From: Hydrurus foetidus
Lineage: Eukaryota
Assembly: GCA_900617105.1 (NCBI GenBank)
Contig: UYFQ01000154.1
Span: 1-64,000 of the forward strand
Length of the DNA stretch: 64,000 nucleotides
Direction: 5' to 3'
Shown: positions 32,233-45,727 of the stretch, piece after piece
How the letters are laid out: the number at the start of each line of letters is the position of its first letter
Numbering within the stretch: the stretch's first letter is position 1
Notes under the pieces: generated by a model
The model's input: the letters and a program-made list of their open reading frames with translations, nothing else
What the model was told of the DNA's origin: nothing
Databases searched by the model: none
Position numbers and translations under genes: made by a program

Positions 32233-33703
32233 GGCGCCAGCTCCACAGAACAAAACAGAACGGAACAGTGTAGTGCGTCAGCCAAAGGAGGGGAAAGTAG
32301 ATGAGATGTGAGGATAGACGGGATGCGATGACAACAACAAGAGGAAAGGAGAAGAGTCGGGAGAGGAGAATAGGCTGTAGGGAGGTGTACAGATGTGGAA
32401 CAGGCGCTGATAAATAGGAAAGTAGAATAAAATTTAGAGTGCAAGGGCTTCATTTGATACATGGGACGATAGAGTGAATGGTACGGCACTGCATTGAATG
32501 GGTGGAGTGGATTGACGGCAACACAGTAACAGATGTGTTGTTACAGTGACCACTACTGATAAACTACTGTAGACTTCCACTTCGCATCTCCTGCCTCTCC
32601 TTCTCCTTCAATGGCTGACAGCACTTCAATGCAACTATCCTCTTCCTGTGCAGTACTTCCATTCTTACAGAGCTCTTTCTCTGTCTCCCTCTCTCTATCC
32701 CTATCCCCTACTGAAGTGTGTCGACCTCTGCGTCACGCACATGCTCACACACGATTGATTTCATTTCCTGTTAAGTAGCGGTCTAGCAACAATGCGACGC
32801 TGCGCTGCGCTGTGTTTGAAAATGATCTCTTGACTACATTTCCAGTGCAGAGGAGCAGAGCAGATAGGTCAACTCGCTAACTTCTACATATACATCTGCA
32901 ATCAATAGAAAGCGGCGACTTTAATTTGTTTTAATTTAATGCATCTCTGAAGAACACACGACACAAACTGTTCTGTTCTACACACTTCAAGATGACGGAA
33001 TAGTAATATTCCGATGTATGTTCAAATGATAAATATGTTTCATTTATGCCTTAACAAACTACTAAAAATGAATTAATGTAATACGTCGCGTATTTTTTTA
33101 TTGACTCAAAAGAAGATCATGATGATACAGCATCATAATATCTGAACAAACATCAAATTGCCTGGATAGTGCAGTACACTGTAAATTTTAACATCAAGTA
33201 AGTTAGGAAATCTGAATGTAATAGATGTAACTATGTCGATCACAAATTTAAGCGAAAAGCGGAACACTCGTAAGAAGTCCCATACGATTCTTCCGTTCAA
33301 AAATCTCAATCCGTTTGGCTGGGAGAGGGTGAGAAATTATTTTCCAAACACGGAGAACCCAACGAGAATGTCTACCAACCCAACTTTAGTTTAATTTGCC
33401 AAATGTTGCCAATATCTTACACTGTTGAAAAAACAAATTTTGTCGGGGCATAGACATACAGCAAGGCACTGGATGGAGATGGGGAAACAAATCCGTATTC
33501 CGTATTTAGATATTGGTATTGGACGCTCATATATATACGAAATGTCCTCTTGATTCCCCCCACCAGAGAGATCAAGATTAAAATGAGTGATGAGAGCCGA
33601 GCTCATCTGACTAAAGAATTCTGAACTGGAGAATCTGACGCGCTTCTCATCGCAAGAGGCAGATAGCATCCACGACTCCTGATTTGTGTGGCAATAGATC
33701 AAC

Positions 33704-36700
33704 ATGGCTGAAAACTCAGCTGTTGTCAGTGTCGGCGACAAGATCAAAGTTCATTGGCCGAACGATGATGGAACAACAGAAAAAGTCAGTGCAACTGTTT
33801 CCGCAGTAGAGAAATGCAAAAAGGAGAAGAGTGGCTCACTCTTCAAGTACAATTTGGTCATCAAGACAACCGGGGAGGAGCACTCAACGAGGCTTCTGCA
33901 CTTAAAATGGAAGAAAGTTGCACGGAAACAGAAGCACATAGAAGACGCTGAAAATCAGAATCAAAGTGATTGTGAGGAAACACAACCACACCGTAAGAAG
34001 GCTAAGAAAGATACAGCAGGCAGCCTTGGATCCTGTGGGATAGTCCGTTCCGATCTCCCAGCACATTCTAGAATTGTTGCTCCAATGGTGGGAGGAAGCG
34101 AACTAGCATTTAGACTTCTCTGCAGGTGATCTTCTGAGTACTGATTGCCATTGGAACAGAATCAAAATTCCATTACAAGAATCAGACTCAGTTTTGTTAA
34201 TGTTTTGGGAGTACGGTAATCACCAAGTAGTATCTGGTTTTGTCAACTTCTTAATTGCTGCGAATGTAACGTCTATTTTGTGTTTTGTACAGAGCTAGTG
34301 TGATTGCTCTACATGAATCATATCTGCATGATCGCTACTGTCTCGCAGATGGCTCTCTTAACATTATCTCTACAGAGCGAGTTGTGTTGATGATTGTTTT
34401 GCAGACGTTTCAAACAACGCATATGCAGCATGAACCAGAACAATCATATCCGGTTATCAAAGTCCTTCTCTCCTCGTACTAGCTTCTTCTCTTCTCCCCT
34501 TCTCTTCATTTTCTACTCTTTCGTCAATACTTTTTGCAGACGATATGGAGCAGATCTAGCATACACCCCCATGATGAACAGGTGAGAAACGTCACTGCTA
34601 AAAAATTAAAATATACATCTGCTATAACAAACATTATGATTGTTCCTAAGTGAATTATTACTCTTGGTATTCATTCTCAATCTTATTCTTGTTCTTGTTC
34701 TTATTTCCTTTTGCCTTGTTTATTCTCGCTGTTCTTTTTGTTATTAGTGAACGTTTTGCTGTTGATGAGGATTACAGAAAAGAAGAATTCCAAACTGTTC
34801 CCGAAGACAGGCCTCTCGTTGCTCATTTCTCAGGTGACAATTAATATCGTACATGATGTCATCAAAATTTTCTCAGGAGTAGCACTCTTTTTTTTACTAA
34901 TTTTTTGATTTTAACACTAATATCTTTTCATCTTTTCGTCATCTTTTTTTTGTATCTGAGTTGCATTTGTAGCAATACAGCACATACACGACGCAACGTC
35001 TTTTCAGTATGATATGTATACAATACAATAAGTTTAAACTCAATACTATGTGTATTTTCCCTTCACTTCAATTGCACACACAGCGAACAATCCACAAACT
35101 TTCTTGAAAGCTGCCAAACACGTGGAGAACTATTGCGATGCCATAGGTGAGTAAGTACGATCTATAACTGTACTTTCGCGTCCCAAAAATTCTGTATTAG
35201 GAGCCTTTCTTATTTTCGCTGTAGACCGCTTCTATCATATTTTTTTGAACGATCGTTCATATACAAACCTGTATATTCTTTTTCTGTGATTTGAATCCGA
35301 AATCACACTTGCATTTCGTGTACCTTATCCCTTTTTTCCCTGCCGCATTCTACCATATTATATTACACTTCATTATTTTTTCCTTTACTTTGCCCAACTT
35401 CCTCTCACTCTCTCCTACACCACTTTCTTTTTTCCCACTCATTCTTCTTTTTATTTCAGATCTCAATCTCGGATGTCCCCAAAGGGTTGCACACGCTGGT
35501 CACTTCGGATCTTATTTATTGGACAAAGTAGACCACCCCCTTATATTCGACATTGTCAAAACCGTGTCAGAGGGAATCCGTATTCCCTTATTCGTCAAAA
35601 TCAGGTCGGTGAAATTCACGTTTTTTGTGATTTTTTGAGTGATTTTTTTCGTGTATTCGTTTACTGATTGTTACCAAACAATACCCTGACGCACGCACGC
35701 TCAAATGTATGCGTGTATGCACGTACGTACGTACTTGTAAATGGACATAATTTGCTAATCGCATCTAATTTTCTACTATTTAGGCTTTTGAACACTGTAG
35801 AAGAAACCATCGAGTTGTGTCGATCACTCCATGAAGCAGGTGACGAACATTCCGATGGACGGACTGGGCTAACTCTGCAGATGATATAATTGTGTAAATA
35901 ACGCTACTTGATAGCACAGTGAGGAATTGAATATTCCACGTTGAGCAGATGAGGTTGCTTCTTGTATCGATATCAACACGTTGATCGCACATGATACAAT
36001 GAAGACTATACATATGATATGATTATCTACACTAGACACCAACCACTGCATTACTGCTCGACTAAATAATCTCAATGACCCTCCCATTTCACTGACGTAT
36101 TCATAGTCTGAAGATTTCGTGAAATTTCACAACCCTTCACGATTAACGTGGTGACACTAGTGACAAGAGAAACGCTCCGAAATTCAGAGTCTCGGATTTG
36201 ATGTTCCTTGCAATGCTTTCGAAGTCATCAACTTTTACCGGTCATCCATACCGTACTATGAATGCAAACAACCCAATTTAATGCCGATATAAACAGTAAT
36301 AAGAACTCTAAATAACATCACAATGTAATCTCAAGCCCCATCTAATTTTTGTTAAATCCAAATTCTATTTCAACTGAAATACTCCAGGTGCCGCGCTTAT
36401 CGCTGTGCATGCTCGATATCGAGTGAACCTAGTGGGGCGTTCCGGACCAGGTAATGAATCTTATACAATGCAATTGATGTGATTATTTATTATATTGATG
36501 TGTAAAGTTGATGACATGATGTTTTTGTTTTGAATTTTCATCTGTTGATAAGTTTGAAGTGTCCACACTTGCACGCACCTCATTCTGTTATTACGTATGT
36601 ACGAACTCATCCTGTGTTTTGAAATCGACATAACTCTCATATGCAAAATGATGTCTTATTTCCAATGGAAAATCTTTATTGATTGATTAAGATTTATGTG

Positions 36701-37953
36701 CTCTGACACTCTCAACTATTTATTTTCAGTAAAAATTGAATTTAATTCATGCAATTAGGAACTTATTTTATTTCCAAATGTTTTACACTCGCTCAGAAGC
36801 ATACATACGTACATACATATATACATATCACAATTGAGCTGTCCCTATAGAAAAATGTGACATTTGTTTGTTTATTTGTTTATTTATCCATTTATTTATT
36901 TATTTATTTATTTATTTATACATTGATTTACCGATTTATTGATTTTCATTTATTCTTTCTTGTTTCTTTACTCATTTGTTCATTAATTTTTTAAACCATT
37001 TATTCACTATTTAAGGTGCTAGAGATGGCGCCGCTCATTTAGATCAAATAAAAAAAATAAAAGAAACACTCCCACACATCACAATAATTGCAAATGGAAA
37101 TATCATAACGTATCAAGATTGCTTGGACAATATTATGTTCACCGGAGCGGACGGCATTATGAGTGCTGAGGGGCTACTAGATGACCCAGCTTTATTTGCA
37201 AGAAAAAGTAATAGTAGTGTTCACTCTGTTGTTGGCAATGCTGGGGATGAATGTGACATTGAAAATAAAAATAAAAATGAAGTAAAAAAAAATAAAGATG
37301 AAAAAGTGAAAAGTAATGACAAAAAAAGTAGTGGTAAAAAGAGCCAGGATGATATAAAAATCGCAGAATGCAGAAGTGACGATGTAGAGATTCCCGACAA
37401 GCTACATCTAGCTCTGCAGTACCTTGACTTGGCCGACAAATATCCGGTGAAAATGAAATCCGTTATTTTCCACATCCGTAGAATATGTCGTCAAGAATTC
37501 ACGGATTTCCAATTGATGGAAGATTGCGTTTCGAGTAAATGTATTGGTGAAGTTAGGAAAGTTGTATTAGAAGCTGTACAATACAAAGAAAAGAAAAATT
37601 TCGTATTCGACAAAGATAAAGAAAAAAAAGCAAAAGAAATAATTGAAAAAAGAAAAAGAGAAGAAGGTAAGAGAAAAGAATTTGAAGCAAGAATGATTAG
37701 AAAAGCAAAAAGAGAAAATAAAGAAGATCTTCGATTTTACCTTTCTAAAGGAGCCGAAAATCCAAGCACTGAAAAACTCTTAGAATTAAAAAAATTACCA
37801 AAAGAAGTTGGATTTGAAATTTGGAAAAGTAATTATTCTCAGCATTGTTACAATTATCATTTTGAGGCGATTGGTTGTCATCGGGATAGGACGTGTTCTT
37901 TTCTTCATCATGATCCCTCTTTTGTGGAAGAAAATGCTATTGCTTATGGATAG
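33704..37953 (+). CDS. tRNA-dihydrouridine synthase (DUS1-like), multi-exon
   Basis: Motifs IVAPMVGGSELAFRLLCR, YGADLAYTPM, EDRPLVAHFS, DLNLGCPQRVAHAGHFGSYL, IALHAR-like IAVHAR, IIANGNI and GADGIMSAEGLLDDPALF. Confidence 0.92.
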
Positions 37954-39037
37954 AATTTCGAAAAGATCTTGGACCTAAGATTCCTGATTTATCGCATTGA
38001 TTTTGTGTCCATATTACTCCATTATAAAAAGAATTTATTTATTGTTGTTTTGCATTATTTTCTCCTAACAGACATACTCTAATATTAATTTGACAGATGC
38101 AGTTATACTGGTCAGTTGTCAGTTTCGACACTGTTAACATTTCTTACATTCAACAACACGAATAACACTAACATCATTTTTAAAAGGTGCTGCTTCTGAT
38201 TTTAGAAATCGTACACGGAAAAATCCCTCAAATTTCGTATTCCACACAAAATCCCCTCTGGATGCGCAATCCATCAAAGCCTTTTTTTCCCAACTTTTTA
38301 GCTGAAAAGTGAGTTTAGTATGACGTCAGTTTCATGCAGCACAACGTGCGAGAACTACGGTCTGGTGAACTACGTCAAGATGATCTTCGATCTCCTTCAG
38401 GAAGATGATATGAAAGATCGTGCACTGTCACACAATTTTTCGAAAGACAGTGCTGAGCCATTCTTTTGCTTTCCGTGATTCTGAATTACGATTAGGACAC
38501 ATTTTTTGAAAAAATGTTCAACTTGAAATCATTCAAAGAAAAAATCTTTTTGATGTGTATTGTAAATTATGAAAATCATGCAATAGGAAACTCCATCAGA
38601 AAAAATCATCGACACAAAGTTTTGCATTTACAATTTGGGATGCACAATATTACGAAGTGACGATTTCTTGAGTACATTCTATACAGTTAGAAAAAGTCGG
38701 ATTTTAATAGGAGATTCCGAGGGTGAGTCTTGGGTCAGATTCCTGTCCGCCTTTTTTTTGGAATTTTGAATTTTATCACCTGCAATACTGACCGCGATAA
38801 ATTCGAATGATTTATTCTGTGATATTGACAGATTAAATCCAAATTTGGAATTGTTTTGAATTCTTTTTATTCCGTTGCGATCAGAAATGCGTCACTGCGA
38901 ATACTGTTCTCAATATGACTCCATTATCTCAACACTATTTCAACAGAGTACAAATAACTATATGGTGCTATGCTAGCTATGCTATGCGATGCTATGATGG
39001 CGACATTTCAATATTTACAATTCTGTGAGCAAAACTG

Positions 39038-39985
39038 CTAAAACAAAACACCAACACCTATAGTCGAATCATTATCTTTATCCCCAGAAAATCGCGGAAC
39101 AGGAGAATAATCGCCACCACCTGATCTATCGTCAAAAATATTTCTAGCAGCCGCAATAATGTCGATTATAAGAGGAAGAGTTATGAGAGCAACGGTCACT
39201 GCGACTGCTACAGCTGCCCACGCATCGCAAATATCCGCATCGATCTCAAATACTGATGAAACTGTTGCTGCTGCTATCACACTGATTGTTCGCACAGTGT
39301 CTCCACCGACATGAGTGAATGCTGACAACATATTCAGATTCTTTCTCATCGAACCCTCTCCTCCTGCCCCGCCTTGTGCAGCATGTCTATTATTCATTCC
39401 TACAGAATGTCCGCTAAGAGTGAGGTCCAGATCCTCTTCTAAATGCCCGAATTCTCTCTCTTCTTCTTCACTATCCAAAGATATTTCTAGACTTAGCATA
39501 GGAATAGGAACAATTGGCTCGTAGAAAACTTCTTTTCCTCGGACGTAAAAGATAGCACCACATAATGTATCGATGACCAAGTTAAGAATGGCGAACCCGT
39601 AGAGATATGACACTGGTACGTCATTGACAGTTGGAGGATTCTCAAGAACTTTCACAGCATCGAGTGTTATGTATACAGTAACTCCCAAGAGACATACTAC
39701 GGAGAAACTTGGGATTCCGATTTCGTTAACAATCCTATTGAAAATATTTCTACTGGATACACCGTCTTTGGTTCCTTCCGCGTATAAGTTCGTGAAGTAT
39801 GTGAACACGTCCACGCTCATAGCAATCGCATCTCCGAGCAAGCTGAGCGAGTTACTTCTTAAAGCACCGACAACCTCTGCGATCATGAACAAGAGAAATG
39901 TTGACGCTGCAACTTGCAGGAGAGTCCTATTCGAGGGTTTGGCTGTAGATGCATTCCGTGAAGAATAGGGAATGAAATTATGCAT
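39038..39985 (-). CDS. Cation diffusion facilitator (CDF/ZnT-like) metal transporter
   Basis: Single ORF with about 6 hydrophobic helices, AEVVGALRSNSLSLLGDAIAMSVD (TM1-2 signature) and NLNMLSAFTHVGGD (TM5 HxxxD). Confidence 0.88.
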   Translation of the reverse strand: MHNFIPYSSRNASTAKPSNRTLLQVAASTFLLFMIAEVVGALRSNSLSLLGDAIAMSVDVFTYFTNLYAEGTKDGVSSRNIFNRIVNEIGIPSFSVVCLLGVTVYITLDAVKVLENPPTVNDVPVSYLYGFAILNLVIDTLCGAIFYVRGKEVFYEPIVPIPMLSLEISLDSEEEEREFGHLEEDLDLTLSGHSVGMNNRHAAQGGAGGEGSMRKNLNMLSAFTHVGGDTVRTISVIAAATVSSVFEIDADICDAWAAVAVAVTVALITLPLIIDIIAAARNIFDDRSGGGDYSPVPRFSGDKDNDSTIGVGVLF

Positions 39986-40490
39986 ACTGATGGAATCAGC
40001 CTCCGGCTTCGGCAGATAGCAACAGTCAAATTTTCCTCAACGGCTAAAATAATTTTGGCATCGCTTTACAGCATGCAACAATTGATAAGGGCTCGCGCAG
40101 AAGATAACCGCTCAACTCATTTCCATGTTGCGATTTCTGGCTGTTATAGCTGTTAGATGGTTCATGCTCTATTGAAGGTCGAAGTGTTGAGAGACAAGAT
40201 CAAATGAACTGGAACTTGGGTCTAAGATCTCCGCAGTTTCCAATTCTAAAATCATCATGCTGTACGATGTACGTATATATATGGTATACGACAACATCGA
40301 CATCAAATGAGTTTTTTTAAAATATTGGAAGAAGTTAACACGACGTTTGAGTGTTTGAGTTACCTGTCGCCTCCAGAAGTTGCAAAGCTACTCCTTACCT
40401 TGCACTTTTGATTTGCGAAGCCTATCCTTACATTGCACTTTTGATGAACAGCAACTTCATCAGCTAATTGGCGGGAATTCTTCAGTAGTG

Positions 40491-41180
40491 ATGGTAACGT
40501 TAGATGTCGACCGTCACCACCTTTTCTTTTGCCTCCTGAACAAAAGCTCACAGAAGTTCAGATCGGCGATTAATCTTACTATTTCATGTGTACGCAGATC
40601 AACTTTATTCTGCTCATCAGTAGACAAGGAAAAACTCGATTGACGAAATGGTTCACTTCGATGGGTGGGAAGGTGTGACTCCGATAATCTCTCTTTATCA
40701 GTCTACAATATAACCGCCGCAGCTGACCTTTCTTACATGCGAAATTCGAATTGAAATTCCTTTTGGCAGGAGAAGACGAGGGCAGTTAGAGAAATTACAG
40801 CGACTGTTCTGTCAAGGGCACCAAAAATGTGTAACTTCATCGAGTGGCAGGACAAAAAAGTGGTCTACAAGCGTTATGCGTCGCTTTACTTTATCGCGTG
40901 CATCGACATGGAAGATAATGAACTGATAGTCCTCGAACAGATTCATCTCTTTGTGGAGGTTCTGGACAAATATTTTGGGAGCGTGTGTGAACTCGACATC
41001 ATATTCAACTTCCACAAGGCGTATTACATTCTGGACGAAATGTTCATTGGCGGTCAGCTGCAAGAAACGAGTAGAGCGGAGGTTTTGCGGGTTTGCGCTG
41101 CGATGGATGAGATGATGGACGAGAATGACGAAACAACAACTCCAGGGCGGGGCAATATTCAGTCAGCAACCAAACGTTGA
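40491..41180 (+). CDS. AP1S: Clathrin adaptor AP-1 complex sigma subunit, 3 exons
   Basis: ATG|gt at 40491; exon INFILLISRQGKTRLTKWF from 40599; last exon LSRAPKMCNFIEW...VVYKRYASLYF...LDKYFGSVCELDIIFNFHKAYYILDE. Confidence 0.9.
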
Positions 41181-42803
41181 TAGTTCTTGTAATCACAGTC
41201 TTACATGATGATGAAATAATCTTATCTCGCTATTGAATATCGGTATCGCTGCTTTTTGTTGTCAATGATTCACTTCTTTGGCGTTTACAGGTTAGATAGA
41301 TAATACTGCACTAATATCGTAAATAGAGGCCGAGGATAAAGGAACTTGGTTATGGAGTGAGGTGGAGCCTGGATGGCTTTGTAACTAAGAATTAATATTT
41401 TGTATTTTGTCTTTTTTCTTAGTGATGAGCTGTTACAGAGGATTGGTAACGACCAATTTTGTGAAGTTCTATTTTTTTTTTGAAATTTCCCATTAAATCT
41501 TACGATCTGTAACCCATGAACAAGGTACAATCAGAAAACGTTACCGCTAACGCTGCAATACCTAATTCACAGCATGAAATTGCTGGGTATGCATCTAGTA
41601 GTACTAGGTTTTCTAAATTGACTTGGTACACTTGCAAGAAACTTTTATTTTCCTATGCCATTTAAGCTCTAGCCAAAGAATAGCATTAGATGAGAAAAGA
41701 GCTGCTAGAGATGCAGAAGAAAGCGACTGGGAGGACAGCGATGATGAAAAGGACGGAAATTCGGATGGGAACAAGGATGAAGTTGATCTCAATAGTGAGG
41801 TGAAGAGTGAGAATTTGAAAGGAAAGGTTTCCCAGACGAGCTCTCATGACATAGATTAAACCACCACAAGAATGCAGCTGTCAATTACACACTCTTTACT
41901 TATTGGAGAAACCATATCGAATCTTTGATTCTCTTGGCAGTTACATAATGTTAATACTGAATACTTAATACTATCCTTTGCATACATGTTCAGCACACAA
42001 AAATAAACATCGAGTACATAATTATGGTATAACTTACATGAGCTTTGAATAGACGATGCTAACGAAATAAATCACGAGTACAATTTTCAAGACGAGAGTA
42101 ACAGGAACTAGCCCCCAGAACGTTTTTTTCAACACCGTACTCAGGCTAAACTCAACCGATAAATCGCAACCAGGATTATTGTGAGGTGACTTACATGTTT
42201 ATGTTTCGTTACTTACGCCATCACGGTGACGCTACAGAAAGTCTTTTTTAGTTGGTCACATAATCCTTTGTAAAGTCGTAGGGAAGTATTCAATTTTGTC
42301 CTCTTGGCAGTTTATTACCCGTGAGATTGATGTGTAGTACGTCATGCAGCAGAGTGTGATTCCGCTCGCTGGATAGAGCAGGATCATTTCTAACGATAGA
42401 CTCAAAGGATAAGCATGAATGGTGTGTTGCTGGTGTCATCTTTATGTACAGCAAGCAACACTGTACAGTGACTTATTTCGTTTCATCGCTGGATATGTAT
42501 CCAGCAGTAATCGGCTTTCTAAATTGACTTGGTACACTTACAGGAAATTTTTATTTTACTATGCCATTTAAGCTCTTTCTTGATTCTGCGGGGATCGTTG
42601 AGAGCAATACATGTTGCGGCGTCAGGTACCAATGTTGTAGATCAATCATACAGCTGATGACTTACAAGACTTAATGTGGAGAAGTCTGGGGAGAGTTTTG
42701 GTGGTAAAAACGTTTCTGGAGATTGGTTTGTCTGATCCTCTTGTTACTTGAGAAGTCTGAGACTACTACTCTTTAGCTAAGGTGCCTGTGTTTCCTCATA
42801 TAA

Positions 42804-42830
42804 TGGTGGTGTTGATAAACACCGTTTTGT
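42804..42830 (-). promoter_or_regulatory. Histone mRNA 3' stem-loop (H4 copy 1; copy 2 at about 47772-47798)
   Basis: Minus strand reads ACAAAAC-GGTGTT-TATC-AACACC-ACCA, about 30 nt after the stop. Confidence 0.8.
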
Positions 42831-42855
42831 TGATTGGTTGTGGTTGATACATCTT

Positions 42856-43230
<375 letters not shown>

Positions 43231-43347
43231 TTAATTGTGGGTTCAGTTTTCGAAAATTCAATATGACTTTTTCCTTTTTTTTGAAAGTTCAATCCCAAAT
43301 CTCAAATCTCCACCTGTCTACTGTCTGTCCTAAACACATAACACTGA

Positions 43348-43815
<468 letters not shown>

Positions 43816-43832
43816 GAACCTAGTCTTCGAGA

Positions 43833-43860
43833 ACAAAAACGGTGTTTATCAACACCACCA
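43833..43860 (+). promoter_or_regulatory. Histone mRNA 3' stem-loop (H3 copy 1; copy 2 at about 48801-48828)
   Basis: ACAAAAAC-GGTGTT-TATC-AACACC-ACCA, 25 nt after the stop, with a core identical to the H4 element. Confidence 0.8.
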
Positions 43861-44200
43861 CCATAACTGGAAATCAAGTCCAACAAATATATGACTCACA
43901 TCTTCTCAATCCAGCGGAGCAGTATATACCACAGACCTCCTGCGGAACCATCACTACATCTCGCTCTGAACATACCCGCAAGCTACCTCGGCACCACTCA
44001 TCGTCTCCCTCCCAAGGAGCATCTGCCTCTTCTCCCACAGTATCACTACATCGAATATGTTACTTCCTCTTCAGACTGTCCTGAGCAAATCACACCCAAG
44101 AAGGAAGAGCTCCAGGACATTATTCCAGGGAGCTGTCACCTGACGCGAATACAGCAACATTCCTTTATTATATTATAAAATAGATTTTATAAACAAGTCC

Positions 44201-45400
44201 CTACGGATCCCACGGCATGGATAAAGCAATCTTATACACGCTAGACTTAGGCTGATCTAATATCTTCACAGTCAGTTTGACCGCCTCAGATCGCGCCACA
44301 CCGTCTACCCTGAGTGCCCGAAGCGACTCCTTTATGCTACTCTCTATATCCGCTTCAGAAACAGCCGCACCCACGAATGGACCGAAAACCACAGTGAACT
44401 CTCCCCTAATCCTATTTTCCTCCTGCATAATATCCGTCAGTAAATAATAATAAGATCACAAAAAGAGGAATTGGGGCACTCCATTGATATTCTCATGTGG
44501 AGTGACTACATCAGTCAAGTGTCGCAACAACATAAACAGAGAAGAGAGTGATGCATGAGGCAGACTTACGTCATTATCCCCAAATTCTTCCAACCATGCC
44601 AAACATTCATCCACAGTTCCTCGTTTGAACTCTTCGTGCATCTTAGTGAGTTCTCTACAGCACAAACATGGTCGTTGTCCCTGTCCGTACTCTTTACTAG
44701 CCAGTTGTCTAAAGGTCATTTTCATGCGGTGTGGCGCTTCATATATAACCACAGGATGTTGAAGACGCGTTATTTGATCCAATTTTTGACTCCTCTCCTT
44801 TCCTTTCACAGCTAAAAATCCTAAGAAACTGAATTCTGATGCCTGGAAGCCACAGACAGACAGTGCAGCTACCACTGCAGAGGGTCCAGGAATAGGATGC
44901 AAGGGGACATTGTGCGTCAGCAGTGCTTCTGCAAGCTCTGCTCCTGGATCGCAGATGCCTGGCGTTCCAGCATCACTGACAACTGCTAAACTTTTGCCCT
45001 CTTGGACCAAACTCAATATCTTGGGTATCTGTTCTTTCCAATTGTGTTCGTGATGACTCAGTAAGTCCTTGTGAGGTAAAGAGAGATGTCTCAACAACTT
45101 GACTGTGTGTCTAGTGTCCTCAGCGCAGATCAAGTCGACCTGTGACAATACATCTATCGCTCTGCTAGTCATGTCGCCTAAATTACCCAATGGGGTGGCA
45201 ACGAAGTAAACATGACCTGGTTCGACTGCTGATGAATTCGCTGCTGTTCCAGTTGAGTAACTTTCTGAAGGAATAACTAGTGGAGCAGAGAACAGCGCAC
45301 CACGAGAGAGTAGAGATCGTGAGTGCCTTACGATGCCTAAACTAGTTCGCAGGAGACCTGCTGACATCAGTCCAACACAAAAAAGATGTATTTCCTTCAT
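44201..45400 (-). CDS. rsmI: RsmI-like SSU rRNA cytidine 2'-O-methyltransferase (copy 1), 2 exons, intron 44423-44569
   Basis: Motifs YFVATPLGNLGDMTSRA, ICAEDTRHT, SHHEHN, VVSDAGTPGICDPG, PIPGPSA, YEAPHR and RELTKMHEE. A GTAAGT...CAG intron joins in frame to RIRGEFTVV...YKIAL. Confidence 0.92.
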
Positions 45401-45727
45401 AAAGTTGTATCTTCCCTATTGTGCTCCGTGACAGCCATGCAGTAACCTCCAGCTGCTCTCCTGCACCTACAAGATTGTAGCAATTACTGAAGGAGATCCA
45501 GCGGAGTAAAGCCGAAGTCGCCAAGTTGTTGAAGATGGTAAATATCTCCCTCACTGTTGAATATTTCCTGCCTGGAGGTTTGAGAGTAATAATGGATTAG
45601 TTGTTAGTTGTAGTGGAACAATAATTAGATGCTCCTTCAAATTCTTACCAAAATCGGGAGAGACTTCCGAAGACACTACCATCATCACCTTGATCACAAG
45701 TACACAGAAGTTGGCTGTCAAATTTGA

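Noticed and set aside
42380..42392. AGGATCATTTCTA resembling U3 snoRNA box A
   Set aside because: There is no upstream GAC/box A' motif, and the homologous copy near 52650 changes the motif to GGATCATCCCTA.
43842..44178. ORFs between H3 and rsmI
   Set aside because: They are short and overlapping with no recognisable motif. Their duplication is explained by the segmental repeat.
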